DNA of 63,973 nt, counting the filler, from Trypethelium eluteriae (taxonomy: Eukaryota): NCBI GenBank assembly GCA_051942245.1. It is 3 parts of 3 records of this genome, joined end to end, with 100 filler letters (N's around TTAATTAATTAA, not from the genome) between each part and the next. Parts side by side here need not be neighbours in the genome. Positions count along the whole stretch, not along the records: positions 1 to 21,810 come from JAVECL010000460.1; 2 more parts are not named here. One strand, given 5' to 3'. The notes beneath the pieces were generated by a model. It was given only the letters and a program-made list of their open reading frames with translations, did no database searches and was not told the origin of the DNA. The position numbers and the translations under genes were made by a program. This document shows, one piece after another, positions 1 through 11,326 of the stretch (position 1 is its first letter; the number at the start of each line of letters is the position of its first letter).

Positions 1-137
1 TCCTTACGCCCTGTAGTTATTAGTTCATTTCCCTTCGCCCTCACCTAGATAGGGAGGTCTATATAGCAGCCTGCACCTCGGGCGACCTAGATAGGTCAAT
101 TGAGTTCTTTCCTCCGATTCAGTTGTTTGTTACAACA
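1..137. mobile_element. Probable LTR end of a retrotransposon or solo LTR (continues beyond the window), inserted in the NACHT gene
   Basis: Ends in GTTACAACA at 137 (TGTTG...CAACA-type terminus); has TATATAG near 60 and an internal CCTAGATAGG repeat. The NACHT reading frame runs into it and stops within a few codons. Confidence 0.55.
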
Positions 138-2363
138 TCAGTGTCTGGGTCGAAAGGACTTTTCTTGAAGTAATCCAAGACTTCTATCCATGTCTGATCC
201 GACTTCAGAAAATCTACAACACTTTTGTGAAGAAAAGACACTACGGGACTATGGCCGTCTGTCTCCCGTACTTCGAGGAGGCCACGAGAACGACTATTGA
301 TCCTCTTGTCCATTTCCTCGCATAGCAGCTCGCGCTCTTCAATACCCATGGTCACCCTTGGCGCTTGAATGGCAGATTCTAGGTTTATCTCGCACGCGTA
401 GTACGATCGTAAAACGCTGATGAGCCCGCCCGGCAGTTTACTATTGTTGAGCATAACCAGAAACATCTTTGCTGCTTGGTCGCGATATACTAAAGTCAAA
501 TCTTTGAGCATATGGTAGTAGAGTTGATGAAGTTCTTGAGGAAGCGCATCGAGGCGCGTTTGCAATTCTCGCAGAGCGTCGCCGTCATATAAGCCATTGA
601 GTAAGGAATGCACGGACAGAACAACCCAAAGAAATACACCTTCAGCGCGATCCGCAATCTGTTTTATGAATGTCTCTGCTTTTGTCTGTGAAGACGCCCC
701 CAATCGTGTCATAGCTGGACTTTTGACAAGGTTGTCGGATACGTATGTCTCAATGTCGTCCCGAGTGAGATCCTGCATATGGATGGTTGGACAATCGGCG
801 AAGTGACTGTTAAATTTGTTCAAGGGTCGACTAGAGACAACAAGTTTCACCTGTGGTAAGGCAGTTAATTCTTGGAATAAATCGCAGATCTTGAGAGGAT
901 CCCCCTCGAATTCGTCCATTCCATCAACGAATAGGCATATCTTGAAATCTCTTGCTGCTAACTCGAGCAGAACTCGACATAAACCTGACTTGAGCTCCGT
1001 AAATCTTAACCACATCAGGTCAAGCTCGCCGGTCCTCAGATACGTCTGGTACATGGTAGGAAATGCAACTGGAATAAGGTGCCGTCGCGGTCGTAACATT
1101 TCCAAAAGGATTGATCTCAAAAGACCTTCTTGTGACTTCTGAAGGGTGGATCCAGCATTCCAAAAGTAGAATGAAGCCGTGATAAGCCGGTCCCGATCTG
1201 CCCAGCATCTCAATGCCTCTTCTGTCCGCTCATGACTGCATAGAAATTTCATCAACGTTGACTTTCCCGAGCCTGCCTTTCCAGATATCCAGAAATGGCC
1301 GCTTTCAAGCTTGAGGAAGTCCACGAAGTGTTTTTGAGAAAAAATCCACTCGAATGTACGCTTGTGAGCCTCCGCAATCTCCTCCTCCCGCATATGGATT
1401 ACGGGAAACGATAACGAATCGAGAATTTTTCGAGCTAACGGAGCATATTCGATGGCGGATGCGGCTGCGGAATGGGTAGCCTGGAGCCCACCTCGAAATA
1501 TTGTCGCTGTTTCAGTGTCCTCCTGATGATCGCGGATTGACCTGGAGCCTGTAGTCTTCGGAGTGACGCTAATAGTCTTCGACGTCCCATCTTCATGAGT
1601 GAAAAGGATAGCGACGATATCTTCTCCTTGATACTGGGGTGTAGCTTTTCCGATGAGGTGCCCTTCGTCAGGATTGGAGGGCTGATATTCGAGAGCTAAA
1701 TTCTCGCTGGCAGCAGAGGTCTCCTGGACCTCTTGATCCTGCGACGAATTTGAACTTGTATCGTTTGTTGCTGCGGTACGGCTCTTCGTGAAGGTGACAG
1801 CTTCTAGAATTTTCTTCTGTCCAGATGCAAGGTCATTCTGACCCTTCTCAAGCAAACGAAACCTCGTGTTTATCAGGACCAGAACATGGCTATTGAGTTC
1901 AATCCGGCAGTCGCTCAATCTTTTAGATAGATTTTCAACCTTCTCCTTCTTCCATAGCATACGGAAGCTTTTTCTCACCCCCTCAAAGGTACTTCGACTC
2001 GATGGAGTCAGCTTGATAAGGAGGGCGATGAGCTCATTCGAAACTTTAGTGCAGCGTACTACAGCGGTGACCAAAGCCTGGACCGTCATTCAGTATGTGC
2101 CCTACTTTGCAAGCCACTGAGACAGGAGCAAAACGTACCTTTTCAGTCCTATCGACATCGCCTATGATATCTTCCGCATTGTGCGTACTTTCTTGCAAAC
2201 AGGCATTGCGTTCAATCAAGTCTGTCGTCTGAGCTTTGAGGAATTCTACGTCTTCTGTAGACCCGTTTCTGCGGATTTCGTTGGCACTGGAGATGAGTTT
2301 CGAGGCGAAGTCGACAAATTGCACTGCGGATGTGGCAACGGTGAGCGCGCTCAAAGGATCCGT
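119..2363 (-). pseudogene. Fungal NLR-like NACHT (STAND) protein with helical N-terminal domain; no ATG at the expected start, C-terminus truncated
   Basis: Exon 1 (2363-2139) reads (ACG)DPLSALTVATSAVQFVDFASKLIS; GT-AG intron 2138-2078 joins in frame to the 656-aa ORF. Walker A GKAGSGKST, Walker B ICLFVDGMDE, and RAEGVFLWV are present. Confidence 0.75.
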
Positions 2364-3261
2364 GAAGAACAAAGAGTTGGAGCAAGTTTAAGCAAGACTG
2401 CGAAAGTGATCCTTCATTGTTACCAGTCGAAAGGGTTGCGGCTGATCAAGCAAGCTTTTATCATGGTCCGAAACCGTGAGCATCAAGGACAAACGCATAT
2501 TCAGCCTTGCTTAGCCACGCTGCATGATGCAAGATCCACTTGGTGGGAGCAGAAGCAATTTGTGGCGCCAGACTTGACCACTGAGAAACTACCCCATCGT
2601 ACAAAGGCTAGACGATACACGCCTACGAGGCAAGAGTGAGGATAGGCGTTCACTGTAGGCGTTCACTAATAAGAACTACAAAGCGTCCCTCGAATGCGCC
2701 CACGAAGGGCTACGAGTCCAACAACCTTTCACCCGACATCTTCCCACCTGTCAATGCTGCATCACATCTTGACAGTGTTTCGACTCATTGATTTTATCGT
2801 TGTGCAACCCAGACATTGGTCATAAATTTTTTATTTCATTGCTCGACAGTACGGTAGACGAGCGCGGCTTCAAAGCCATCATCAGGTAACCCTAACTAAA
2901 CGCGTTTTTGGAGCGCGTGAGCCATATCGCGAATGGGAAATGCCCACACTTTTTCCCAAAGCGCCCAGTGCGCCAACGCTTTCCCAATCAATACGCCGAA
3001 GGCGACAGGTTGCCCCATACCACCGTCGGTAGAAGAACGGAGTCTGCAAGAGGAGACATGATGCCAGAGCTGACACAAATGAAAAAGAGAAGTGGAGGAG
3101 TTGGAAAGATTCGCCCAGCGTAGTCAGTCAGTAGACTCATACAAAACGTTATATTACATGAACGTAGAAACCCAAAAATCTCCGTCGTGAGACAATGCGC
3201 ACACATGCTCCGCATGATTGAGCGCAGAGAGAATGGCGTGGTCAAATGAGCCGAGAGTGGC

Positions 3262-6200
3262 TCACGATTCACCTGCCCCGGTACCTTCTTCGATCTTTGG
3301 TGCCTTTGACAACTCTGGTTCGTCTTTCTCCACTGACGGCGTATCCATGACTGCACTTCCTTGCAATGCTGCTGATGCTGTTGTAATTGCTCCTCCATGT
3401 CCCCTAGTATCTTCTTTGACGGAATCAGTGATGGTCACCGGGGGACTACTCCTCTCCACTTCTCGCGCCTTGCTCCTTTTCGTGTAATCGCTGAGGCTCA
3501 TCTTCTTTTTCGCTGGGCTAGGTGCGACTGTGCTTGCGACAGCCGCCGGTGTTGGGAAGACAGGCGCCGTGTGCGAATGTGAGCTTGAGGCCGGAACGCT
3601 CATCGGCGAGAGAAGAGACGGAGGGGCAAATCCCGAGCTTGGAGTGCTGGTCATCTGTGCGGGAGGCGCAGTAAATTGAGGAGCGGGAGGAAGAGAGACA
3701 TGAAGGTCGGCACTGCGGAAGTTGTTGCGAGAAGGCGACGAACTCGATGGTGCCGATTCTGAGTTCAATGGCCAGGGCGGCGACGATTGAAGCGGAGGTT
3801 GCAGTAATTGCTGGTGTTCGCTGACCCCCGCTTCAGCTAAAGGGTTGGTACCAGTTTCAGGTTCTGATTTCAATGCGACATTGTCCGCTACATTCGCGTC
3901 TAGCATTTCTATGTCCCGATTTGTACCTGGGAAATTTCCCTCGGCAGATTGATCTTGGTTTCGTTCGATTGACGTCTCAGATATAGCTGGTGGGGGTACT
4001 GGAACCGCAGGTGGAGGCATAGCTGTCGGCTCGGTGGGCTGGCCAATGGACTCAACGTCCATAGCGTCCGGTGTTAATTCCTTTCGCAACGGCGAACCCG
4101 CTAACGGCATTTCGCTTGTCACCAATTCTACGCTTTCAGCTATCCTTCTCCTCCTCTCTGTAAAATTTCGTAGTAATCTTCTGGTACGAGGAAGATACTT
4201 CCTTGGCATGTTCACTTCTGGGCGAGGTCGCTCATGTGGAAGAGGATCGGTTTGGGTTGAGGCATCAGTATAGTCGTGAGGAACGGGGTTTGGGGACGTT
4301 TGGCCGCCGTTCTGATTGAAGCGAGAAGGGCCAGTTACGCGCCTGGAATGCATGGAATGCGATAACGGACTATGATCGCGATCGCCAATACCGGTGTCGA
4401 CATATCGAGTCCCAGATGCGAAAATAGTGCCCACAGAGGAAGGAGAAGGCTCCGAGTGACCGAGCTGCCTCTGTGATCGATGAGGATTGAATCGTCGAAA
4501 AGGATCATGGAGCACACTTACAGAAGTAGCAGCGCTGGGCGTATTCAACGTAGACCCGCCGCTATTTCGCTTCTTCTTCCTGCTGCCATGTTGCTCTTCA
4601 TGCTCAAGTTGTTCGAATAATTTTTCCTGTTGCAATAGTTTTCTCTTCTCCCGATCAGAGAGCTCAGTCCCAAAGCCACCGCTGGCATCGCCTGAAAAAT
4701 GAGTCATTGGAGTGTTATCACGACTACCGTGCTTGCTGCGTGAAGACGCGGAACGACTATCGTCGCCATTCTCTTCTTGGTCGGCCTTGATGGCTTCACT
4801 GCCGGATCTGCTATTTGTCGCGAGACCGGTATTGAGTGGAGAGATCTGAGTGCCTGTCCGCTTGTGCTTTTTGGTCCTGATGGGTCTTGATGGCTCTGGA
4901 GCTGGACCGTCAAGTTGGGAAAGAAAAGCCCGTTTGTCAAATCGGCCTATTGCGCAACTAAGTCCAGAACCACAAGCGCAGTCTCCAAAGTTAGCCAGGA
5001 GATTATTGACCCATCTCGAAATGTACTCTTCGTCACGGCCTTCAAGTCGAAAGCCATTGCTTGTCTGCGCAGAAGCAAGCCTCGCTGCCGATAATAACTG
5101 ACGCACTTTGACCTCCAATTCCCAGCCAACGGTGATTTCACTTCCAGCTGGTATGTCCTCCAACGCTACCAAGCAGAAATGGTATTCATTCCCTTCAGTA
5201 ATTAACGTCTTGATCGCTAGATTTGGGCGGCAGCTATATCGTGCATATCGCAGCAAAGTCCCCTCAACTCGGGTGTCGATGTAGATCGGAAGCTGTGGAT
5301 GGAAGAAGACAAAGGGGGCAGGATGTCGCAACGAGGACCATCGATTTGCTGGATCCTTGACGTAATCCTCAATGTGCCCGATATGGCCTCTTAGTTCTCC
5401 AATGTAAGAATCCTTGGCAACATCAGATTCAGTGGTCAAGTACTGCCAGACCGGATGAGCACCATAAAAGGTACGACTTGTGTCTTCATCAACGTGCTTT
5501 TTGACCTCTGGCGAAGTGAGCTCATCCATTGATTTATCCCATCGCTGATAGACGTCATGGGGTGCCTTGCCGTTCGTTGCGCTTGCCAAAGCAGAGGGCT
5601 CTGTCAACCAGAGGGAAAGATTATTCGTCACATCAATGTTGACATGTAAATTCGCCTCGGTATGTGTGTATCCATGCCCTGTACGATGCAGCTGCATGAA
5701 GTCATGACTGTAGTATTCTTGCTGCCATCCATTGATTGCAGGAGAGCCAGAGGGTGACTTCGAGGGGCTTCTAGCGAAATTTGCACTCGATCCTGCTCGC
5801 TTGCGAGAGGGAGGAGCATTGGCAGAGATCGAATGCGCTGAGCGATGGGTTGTCTTTGTACGTTTCGCAGGAGGTGGTTGATCTCGAGGACTTCCGCTAT
5901 GACGATCTGCTGCATGAGTCAAGTCATCTTTCTCGGGGTTCGACCAACCATTGGTCTGGCCGGTCGCTGGCGGTATGTCCTTGACTTTCTTCTTGTGGCT
6001 TTTTGTCGGTGGTCGCTTGACCTTTCTTTCTCCATTTGCCTGCTTCGATCGAGCAAGCGGGCGCTTAGTATCCACCGGTCTCGGGTCGCACTCGACACAC
6101 CTGTGCACCTCAGGTGGTTTTTCATTATTGTAGTAACACTGCACATGCTGCCACGTATCGCAGTCGTCACAGTATACTGTGTGGCCGTCATCCTCGATAT

Positions 6201-6363
6201 ACCCGCAAATGCATTTGATGGTGTAATCTTCTTCCTCGTCTTCTTGAGTGAGTCCCACAGGGGGTGCACCGTACAGAGGCTGTGGTATGGGAACGGAAGA
6301 AATGGCAGGCAGGGTATTCAGCTGGACTTCAGCATGTGTGGTAAGTGAAGAGATGTCTGTCAT
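3262..6363 (-). CDS. SET3: SET3/SET4-like PHD finger and SET domain chromatin protein
   Basis: PHD finger CICGYIEDDGHTVYCDDCDTWQHVQC; SET motif IYIDTR..GTLLRYARYSCRPN (lacks canonical NHS, as in Set3-type SET domains); C-terminal KKKMSLSDY; probable 51-nt intron 4521-4471. Confidence 0.88.
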   Translation of the reverse strand: MTDISSLTTHAEVQLNTLPAISSVPIPQPLYGAPPVGLTQEDEEEDYTIKCICGYIEDDGHTVYCDDCDTWQHVQCYYNNEKPPEVHRCVECDPRPVDTKRPLARSKQANGERKVKRPPTKSHKKKVKDIPPATGQTNGWSNPEKDDLTHAADRHSGSPRDQPPPAKRTKTTHRSAHSISANAPPSRKRAGSSANFARSPSKSPSGSPAINGWQQEYYSHDFMQLHRTGHGYTHTEANLHVNIDVTNNLSLWLTEPSALASATNGKAPHDVYQRWDKSMDELTSPEVKKHVDEDTSRTFYGAHPVWQYLTTESDVAKDSYIGELRGHIGHIEDYVKDPANRWSSLRHPAPFVFFHPQLPIYIDTRVEGTLLRYARYSCRPNLAIKTLITEGNEYHFCLVALEDIPAGSEITVGWELEVKVRQLLSAARLASAQTSNGFRLEGRDEEYISRWVNNLLANFGDCACGSGLSCAIGRFDKRAFLSQLDGPAPEPSRPIRTKKHKRTGTQISPLNTGLATNSRSGSEAIKADQEENGDDSRSASSRSKHGSRDNTPMTHFSGDASGGFGTELSDREKRKLLQQEKLFEQLEHEEQHGSRKKKRNSGGSTLNTPSAATSVSVLHDPFRRFNPHRSQRQLGHSEPSPSSVGTIFASGTRYVDTGIGDRDHSPLSHSMHSRRVTGPSRFNQNGGQTSPNPVPHDYTDASTQTDPLPHERPRPEVNMPRKYLPRTRRLLRNFTERRRRIAESVELVTSEMPLAGSPLRKELTPDAMDVESIGQPTEPTAMPPPAVPVPPPAISETSIERNQDQSAEGNFPGTNRDIEMLDANVADNVALKSEPETGTNPLAEAGVSEHQQLLQPPLQSSPPWPLNSESAPSSSSPSRNNFRSADLHVSLPPAPQFTAPPAQMTSTPSSGFAPPSLLSPMSVPASSSHSHTAPVFPTPAAVASTVAPSPAKKKMSLSDYTKRSKAREVERSSPPVTITDSVKEDTRGHGGAITTASAALQGSAVMDTPSVEKDEPELSKAPKIEEGTGAGES

Positions 6364-8063
6364 ACTACGATTACAAATCGCAGAGTAACGGTGAGGAAAT
6401 TATCTTCGATCTATCTCTGGTCTGGCGCGCATGACGATTTTAGCGAAGAGAAGGACCTCCGAGTCGTCCGGAGCAGTAGATACTGTGTCTCTATGCACCC
6501 AGCGGCGTGAGAAACGATGTTTCGAGGATGGTTTGGCTCTGTGGGTTGCGATCGCGCAGGTGAGGCGCAGGGAGGAAAAGGTGTCCTATGGGGATCCAAG
6601 GTGGACGGACGAGGGCAGCACCGACAACACTCTTCGAATGGATGATAGAAATGGTATACCATGAGCAGAATCCTTGGTCGGAGCGTTATGAAAGGTGTAA
6701 ACAGCGTGTGCGCAGGCAAGGCCTAAGTGAAGGGAGTCGACTTCAGCTGAGGATTAGGGTCAAACAATGGCGCAATCGCGACAGCAATGGTAGATAGTGT
6801 CGAGAAAGGCGTAGATATCGGTGGGGAGCGATTGATAGGACGGTCCGGCACGGATCGAGGGAGTGGGAGTCGAGTGAAGGTGAGATAACGAGGGCGAAGA
6901 GGCGAAGGGTAGCAAAGAGGAGAAGAGAGGCAGCAGGCCTTAGTCAAAAACAGTCGCTAGCAACGCGCACAACCCTGGCATAACCTTGTGCAACGCGGTA
7001 CATCTCAGCACAGGAGCGCAGCAGTGAGCGACTTAGCCCGATGGAGCACCAGCCGAAATCGGCATCGCCCTCGCTCACCTTCCCCACCGCTCGACCACGC
7101 TGGACGGAGCAGCCAGAAGAGAGCCGTGCCGGCATCCCGACGGCGCCAGTAGCCAGCCCTGCTCCTCGGTGGAGGTGGTGGACGAGGAGGAGGAGGAGGA
7201 GGAGGCGATGGTGGTGGTGCTGCGAGAGTGCTGCGAGGGTGAGGCACTTTCCAACTTGGAGCGGGCGGTCGCCGTGGCCAGCATCGAGATCATGTTGGTC
7301 TTCCAAGACGTGAGAAGAAGATGGTGCGAACGAAGCGCTGCACGCCGGCCAAGCAGTCGCAAGCAGCAGCAGGATGATCGAGTATCAGCATGGGTGGGAA
7401 GCCTGCTTTGGTGCGATGCCGACCGCGTACGAATCGTTGCTCAGCCACGCCCACTCCCACTTTCTGTCCACGTTTCACTAATCTATCGCGCCGTCGCTGA
7501 TTGGCTCCACGCTTAGTTGGCCCAGTGCCGGCCGTGCATCCTGGCGGTCTGCAGACGGTCTGCAGACGGTGATGCGGTGATGCGGTCAGAAAATGGTGGA
7601 AATGATATCGACATGGCAGGACTTGCGTCTCTTCGGCGTGGGGGACCCTCGATATTTATGGCAGATATCGATGCGCCGTCGCTTTTAGGATGGTCACGTC
7701 TACAGCAAACACATGGTGTTCCTGCCTTGGTCATTTCACAGACTCGTACCCCGTCACAAATTCACCGGCCTACGTCTCCAGAACTGGGAGTGGATGAATT
7801 GCGTACCCAATCGGCATTTCCATCTTTTCTCGTCCTGAACTCGGTAACTTACTCTTACCAGTCTCCTAGTGCCCTTGCAAACTTTGTCGTGCTCGGTCGT
7901 CAGCCTCAACCAGCTTTTCATCGCGTGTGTTTAGCCCGATCTGCAAGTGCTATTTTAGTCCCAGGCCGTTGACAAGATTCAATATAATCTGCACTACATA
8001 TTGCCAAGAGTCTCCTACTATTCTCATGACACCCAGTGCACCCCAACATGTAGAGAGACCTCA

Positions 8064-11001
8064 TGGATGAGCGTCTTTTTATGCCTTCAGTTGAAGCTGG
8101 GGCTGCTTCATACCAAACCCCGGGAGCAGCCTCCCATTACGACACCGAGGTAAGTGGTCAGTGCCAGTCTAGTTGTTTCAACCACGGCACGCATTACCTT
8201 CGACCATCACGTCATCGCGACTCTTCATCCTAAGCAGCACATCCATCCAAGTGTACAATCCCATTCTATCTATTTGGCTCCCACGCACTTCACGTCGCCG
8301 TAATATGTGGCTATTACGGTGACTCCCCTAGAAGCAAATGCTTCGCCGCAACATTCGCTACACCCTGCTTGAGCCGTCACATCCGCGCCGTGGAGTGCTC
8401 TTCAATTTCAGACCGTACAGTCTCGCGTTCTATCTTCACTAGTTTCTGCTAACTAAGCTGGATGCTGTAGTAGAAGAAAGTACTTTGCATTCCTTGCTGT
8501 TTCCTCGGCCTGTTTTCTTGCGGGGATACTTGGATTTTGGATATACCAAAGTGAGTTATTTCACGTAAACACCACTGCACTTGCATGCAACGTCGAGGAT
8601 CGCAATGGCTATATCTAGCATCATTCATGAAGAGACAATCTTTATAATCAATTTAGTTCTGACAAAATTGCGCTCTTTCCAATCTGCACCTTATTCATTG
8701 GAATTCGCTGGGAACCTACGAGTGAAGGTTGCCGGTTCACAAACGCTGTCAATGTTCTGTTTGCATATGGACCTAGCCCTTATAGCTCCGCATCGCCTGT
8801 ATCTTCATTCCTCAAACAGACACTTATATTATCTGCTAGCCTCAAAATCAAGATCTGTCCCTGGGCCCGTTTCCATCGGATCCGATATAACTCTCCTGAC
8901 CAACAATGACTTATACGGTACGGGGGCTAGATCTCGTTTTAACCGAGGGCATCAATTTTGATAAAATACAGGATCGCTCAGTTCGCACAACGACTCAGTT
9001 CTAATACTCAATTCCATTTCCACCCAACGGGAAGCCAACGCCAAATGCGGCGAGCTGAGGGAACAGCTATGGACACCGGACGTCCAAACGGCCAAATCTC
9101 TACTTCAATACCTCAATTACACCGATCCAAGTGGATGGAGTGCACATTACTGGACTAATGGCGCAGTCGGGTCTCAATGTGCCACGATAGACCGCGACGG
9201 GGCAATTTCGCTCGAGGACTGTCAACTCTCATATCCTGCCCTCTGTACTCAGACTGCAGATCTCTCGACTGCTCTAAAAGTTGACACGTCTAAGCGGTGG
9301 CAAGTTGCAGTCGTAACTGGAGGCCATGCCATTGTCGGGTAAGGCCCTCTCACGTACTTGTCTAATATTGTTCCTGACTGTATTAGTTATCGCGATAAGC
9401 TCAGCTTCCGTTTTCAAGGCGTTCGTTACGCTACACAACCGAAGCGATTCACTTACTCAACTCCTTATCAAGCCAAAGGCAATCAAAGTGCCCTGCAGGC
9501 CGGGAACCAATGCGTTCAAGGCGGAAATATTGGAGACGAAGATTGTCTATTCCTCAATATCTGGAGCACATATCTTCCGTTGAATGAAGCAAGGACGACT
9601 GAAAATTTAAAACCTGTCATGTTCTGGATTCATGGAGGAGCATTCATGGATGGTAGTGGCTCTGATCCTACCTTCGATGGCGGGAATCTGGCTTCTAGAG
9701 GTGACGTCGTCGTTGTCACTATAAATTACAGATTATCAACTCTTGGTTTCCTCGCTTTGAACGACTCTGTCACGAATGGTAATTATGGCATCAGCGATCA
9801 GGTTACAGCTCTCGACTGGGTTCAAGCGCACATTGCGGATTTTGGTGGAGATCCTGATCGAGTCACCATTTTTGGTCAATCTGCAGGAGCTGCATCGGTT
9901 CGCGCTTTGCTTGCATCTCCAAAAGCAGTTGGCAAATTTTCGGCTGCGATCATGGAAAGCAACCTCGCCGGAGCGAATTATGCCACAACGTACTCACTCT
10001 ATTATAACATTAGCGAGGAAATGAATGTTGCAGCACGCAAGATATTGGAACACGAAGGCTGTTTTGTTGCAAGTTCCCAAGTGGACTGCCTACGAGCGAA
10101 AAATGCATACGAACTAGCCAACCTTGGATCCGCTGCCCCCTTATCACGGTTTATTGTCGTTGATGGAGATTATGTCGTACACGACGAGCTTCCGCTTAGC
10201 GGTTCAGCCGCGACAGTCCATGTTCCAGTGCTAATGGGGTCCATGCGCGATGATGGTGTGATCTTCACAACTTTCCCGAACACGACGAACAGCACTGCGG
10301 CTATCATCTCCAACGATTATAATGCTAGCATTGTGGAAGATCAGGAACTCTTTCCTCTCCCGACCGACGTATTCAAGAATGAGACCGATGCGCTATTCAA
10401 TACCATCTCGCGAGTCACTACAGACGCAGAGTTTCGTTGTCTAGACTACGCTACCGCGTATTCTGGCACTGAGCACGGAGTGTTTCCCAGTGTATTCTAT
10501 TATGAATTCAACCGCAGCTATCAGGGATTCTTTTCCAACCCGGACTATAGCTGCAACCCTCCTCCGTCAACCTCTCACGTCTGGGGCGACCCCTCTGAAG
10601 AGTACTACAAATGTCATTCGGGTGATCTCTTCTACGTTTTCGGAAACATAATCCGTTCCGGGCTTCCGCAGAGAGATGCAGACGATATACCATTTTCTCA
10701 ATACATTCTCGATTCCTGGACGTCTTTTGCTCGCACCCACAATCCAAACCCAGACATAGGCTATCTGATTGCACGTGGCTACGGTAATACGATACATCAA
10801 ATACAGACAGCTGGAGTTTGGGAGCCGTTCAACACGTCACAGCCATCGTATCGCCAGCTTCAGTGGCCAAGCATACAGATGCCGCTAAATGACGGACCAC
10901 AATGTCAGGCGCTAGGATTTCCCTTAGATTATTATGACAAGCCTCGAGGACTAGCCAATGTTGGCCTAGCCGATCGGCTTGGTTCTGGAGATGGCGAATA
11001 G
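8064..11001 (+). CDS. Type-B carboxylesterase/cholinesterase-like alpha/beta hydrolase; multi-exon, 5' end uncertain
   Basis: EDCLFLNIW, WIHGGAF, NYRL, GQSAG nucleophile elbow and HSGDL. Upstream exons read SDITLLTNNDLYG / ...PALCTQT...AIVG joining YRDKLSFRF. The ATG at 8064 is tentative; the exons from 8840 onward are well supported. Confidence 0.8.
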
Positions 11002-11326
11002 ATTTGCATATCACAGGCGTTTTGAAGATGGATTCAAGATAGATTATAGAATTTATAGTCGTTTGTTTTCTTGGTGGTATAGATTTATTCCCATCTCGAC
11101 GCCACGAAAATCCGTTGGGGTACAGGTGGTGCACATCAGTGTTCCGGCGCGTCAAGATCTCGGCAGGAGCCGAGCAAGATCGCGGTGTCGCATCGTCACA
11201 GTGCAGATCAAAGTCGGGGAACATTGGAAGTACTCTCGATGCCTTCCACGCTCTTTCTCACTAGCTTGACCATAAATCAGATGCAATTTCCCCTTCGCAT
11301 CCTCATGCATAATAACCCTACAAAAT

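Noticed and set aside
6944..7516. Overlapping ORFs with poly-E/S/P/R tracts upstream of SET3
   Set aside because: Produced by a GAG/GGT microsatellite in a GC-rich promoter or UTR; no coding evidence.
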